DNA from: Sminthopsis crassicaudata
Lineage: Eukaryota
Direction: 5' to 3'
Length of the DNA: 64,000 nucleotides
Assembly (NCBI RefSeq): GCF_048593235.1
Contig: NC_133620.1
Coordinates: forward strand, 444,693,261-444,757,260
The position numbers and the translations under genes are program-made. Position 1 is the first letter of the stretch. Each line of letters begins with the position of its first letter. Positions 63,245-64,000 of this stretch are shown here, piece by piece. Under the pieces are notes generated by a model that searched no databases, was not told the origin of the DNA, and was given only the letters and a program-made list of their open reading frames with translations.

Positions 63245-63580
63245 CCTAAATCTACACTCTTAAGACTCAGATGATTATGATGTCCGAGTAGTAAGATGTT
63301 TATGCTGTACAGTCATTCAAACCAAAAGCCACCCTCACTCTCCTTCCTAGTTGGTTTTGCATTTGTTTCATCATTCTCTGCTACTCTCTTTATTACTTTC
63401 CCACAGTTCCATTATCACACCACCACACACACATTTATTCTCTCTCTGTCCATCCCATTCTTTCTCCCAGGAGGAAACTGCCCTGGGGAACAAAACCTCA
63501 GCCCTTGCACAGCCTTGCATTCCCTGGGTTTTTTGTTGAGTTTCCAGTTTCCACTATGACACGTGCAGCTTCTTGTGGTA
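63245..63580 (+). promoter_or_regulatory. Inverted, diverged copy of the CCL upstream/promoter region with no gene attached
   Basis: Colinear plus-strand matches to the reverse complement of 61770-62085 (see finding). Confidence 0.6.
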
Positions 63581-64000
63581 TATGATGTAAGACATCGCTC
63601 TAACCCTGATTTCTCTCTGGCTGGTTTTCATGTTTCCCAGTAGTCTGGGTCACATACAGAATGCTGACCCAAGTGCATGATTTCTTTGGGTTTGCTCAAC
63701 ACCCTGCATTCATCTTCACTTGCTTGTTTTTTGATGAACAAAGTCTGGAGAAGAGCGAATGAAATGAGTGAAGCAATTTTAATGAAAAGAAATTCAAATG
63801 ACTCCATCCTTGCAATAAGTGACCGTTCCAGCAGAAGACTGAAAATGAAGCCTGTTTCCCACCTTTTGATGGAGAGGTAATAGACTAGAAATGCTACATG
63901 AGACAGACATTTTCACCTATGGTAAATACTTTTCTTTTCTTTGATTATACATTATATAAATGAGGACTTTGTTGAAACAACTGACAACAATGCAAAAACA

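Overview
This is mammalian genomic DNA, AT-rich and not prokaryotic. The WSINE1/MAR1-type SINEs and the L1 ORF2 motif ILISDQAKAKIDLIKR point to a marsupial, probably a dasyurid (inference from repeat recognition). From about 8 kb to 63.6 kb the window is a cluster of nine three-exon CC-chemokine (MIP-1, CCL3/CCL4-family) loci, all on the minus strand. The ORF track misses them because they are spliced; I reconstructed them by hand. The order on the + strand is A (10.9-12.3 kb), B1, C1, B2, C2, B3, C3, B4 and D (60.3-61.6 kb, a clear CCL4). The middle is a young tandem array of an ~11.35 kb cassette (one B gene, one C gene and an L1 composite), present in about 3.1 copies on top of older ~6 kb single-gene duplications. 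A, C1-C3 and D have intact ORFs and splice sites. All four B copies have AT instead of AG at the intron-1 acceptor and a stop four codons early. In B4 the exon-1 donor has moved 4 nt to a perfect consensus, which puts it in frame with a cryptic acceptor and predicts a chemokine-like protein without the CC motif. The C genes have an acidic 40s loop that looks like a compensated frameshift, plus a tail encoded by former 3'UTR. Other notable structure: an L1 3' end replacing the polyA site of B2-B4, a gene-less unit at 56.4-57.6 kb, an inverted CCL promoter copy at 63.2-63.6 kb and a 342-N assembly gap. The first 8 kb is ordinary repeat-rich intergenic DNA. All of this was read by eye; exon coordinates were counted exactly, repeat boundaries are approximate, and no database searches were run.
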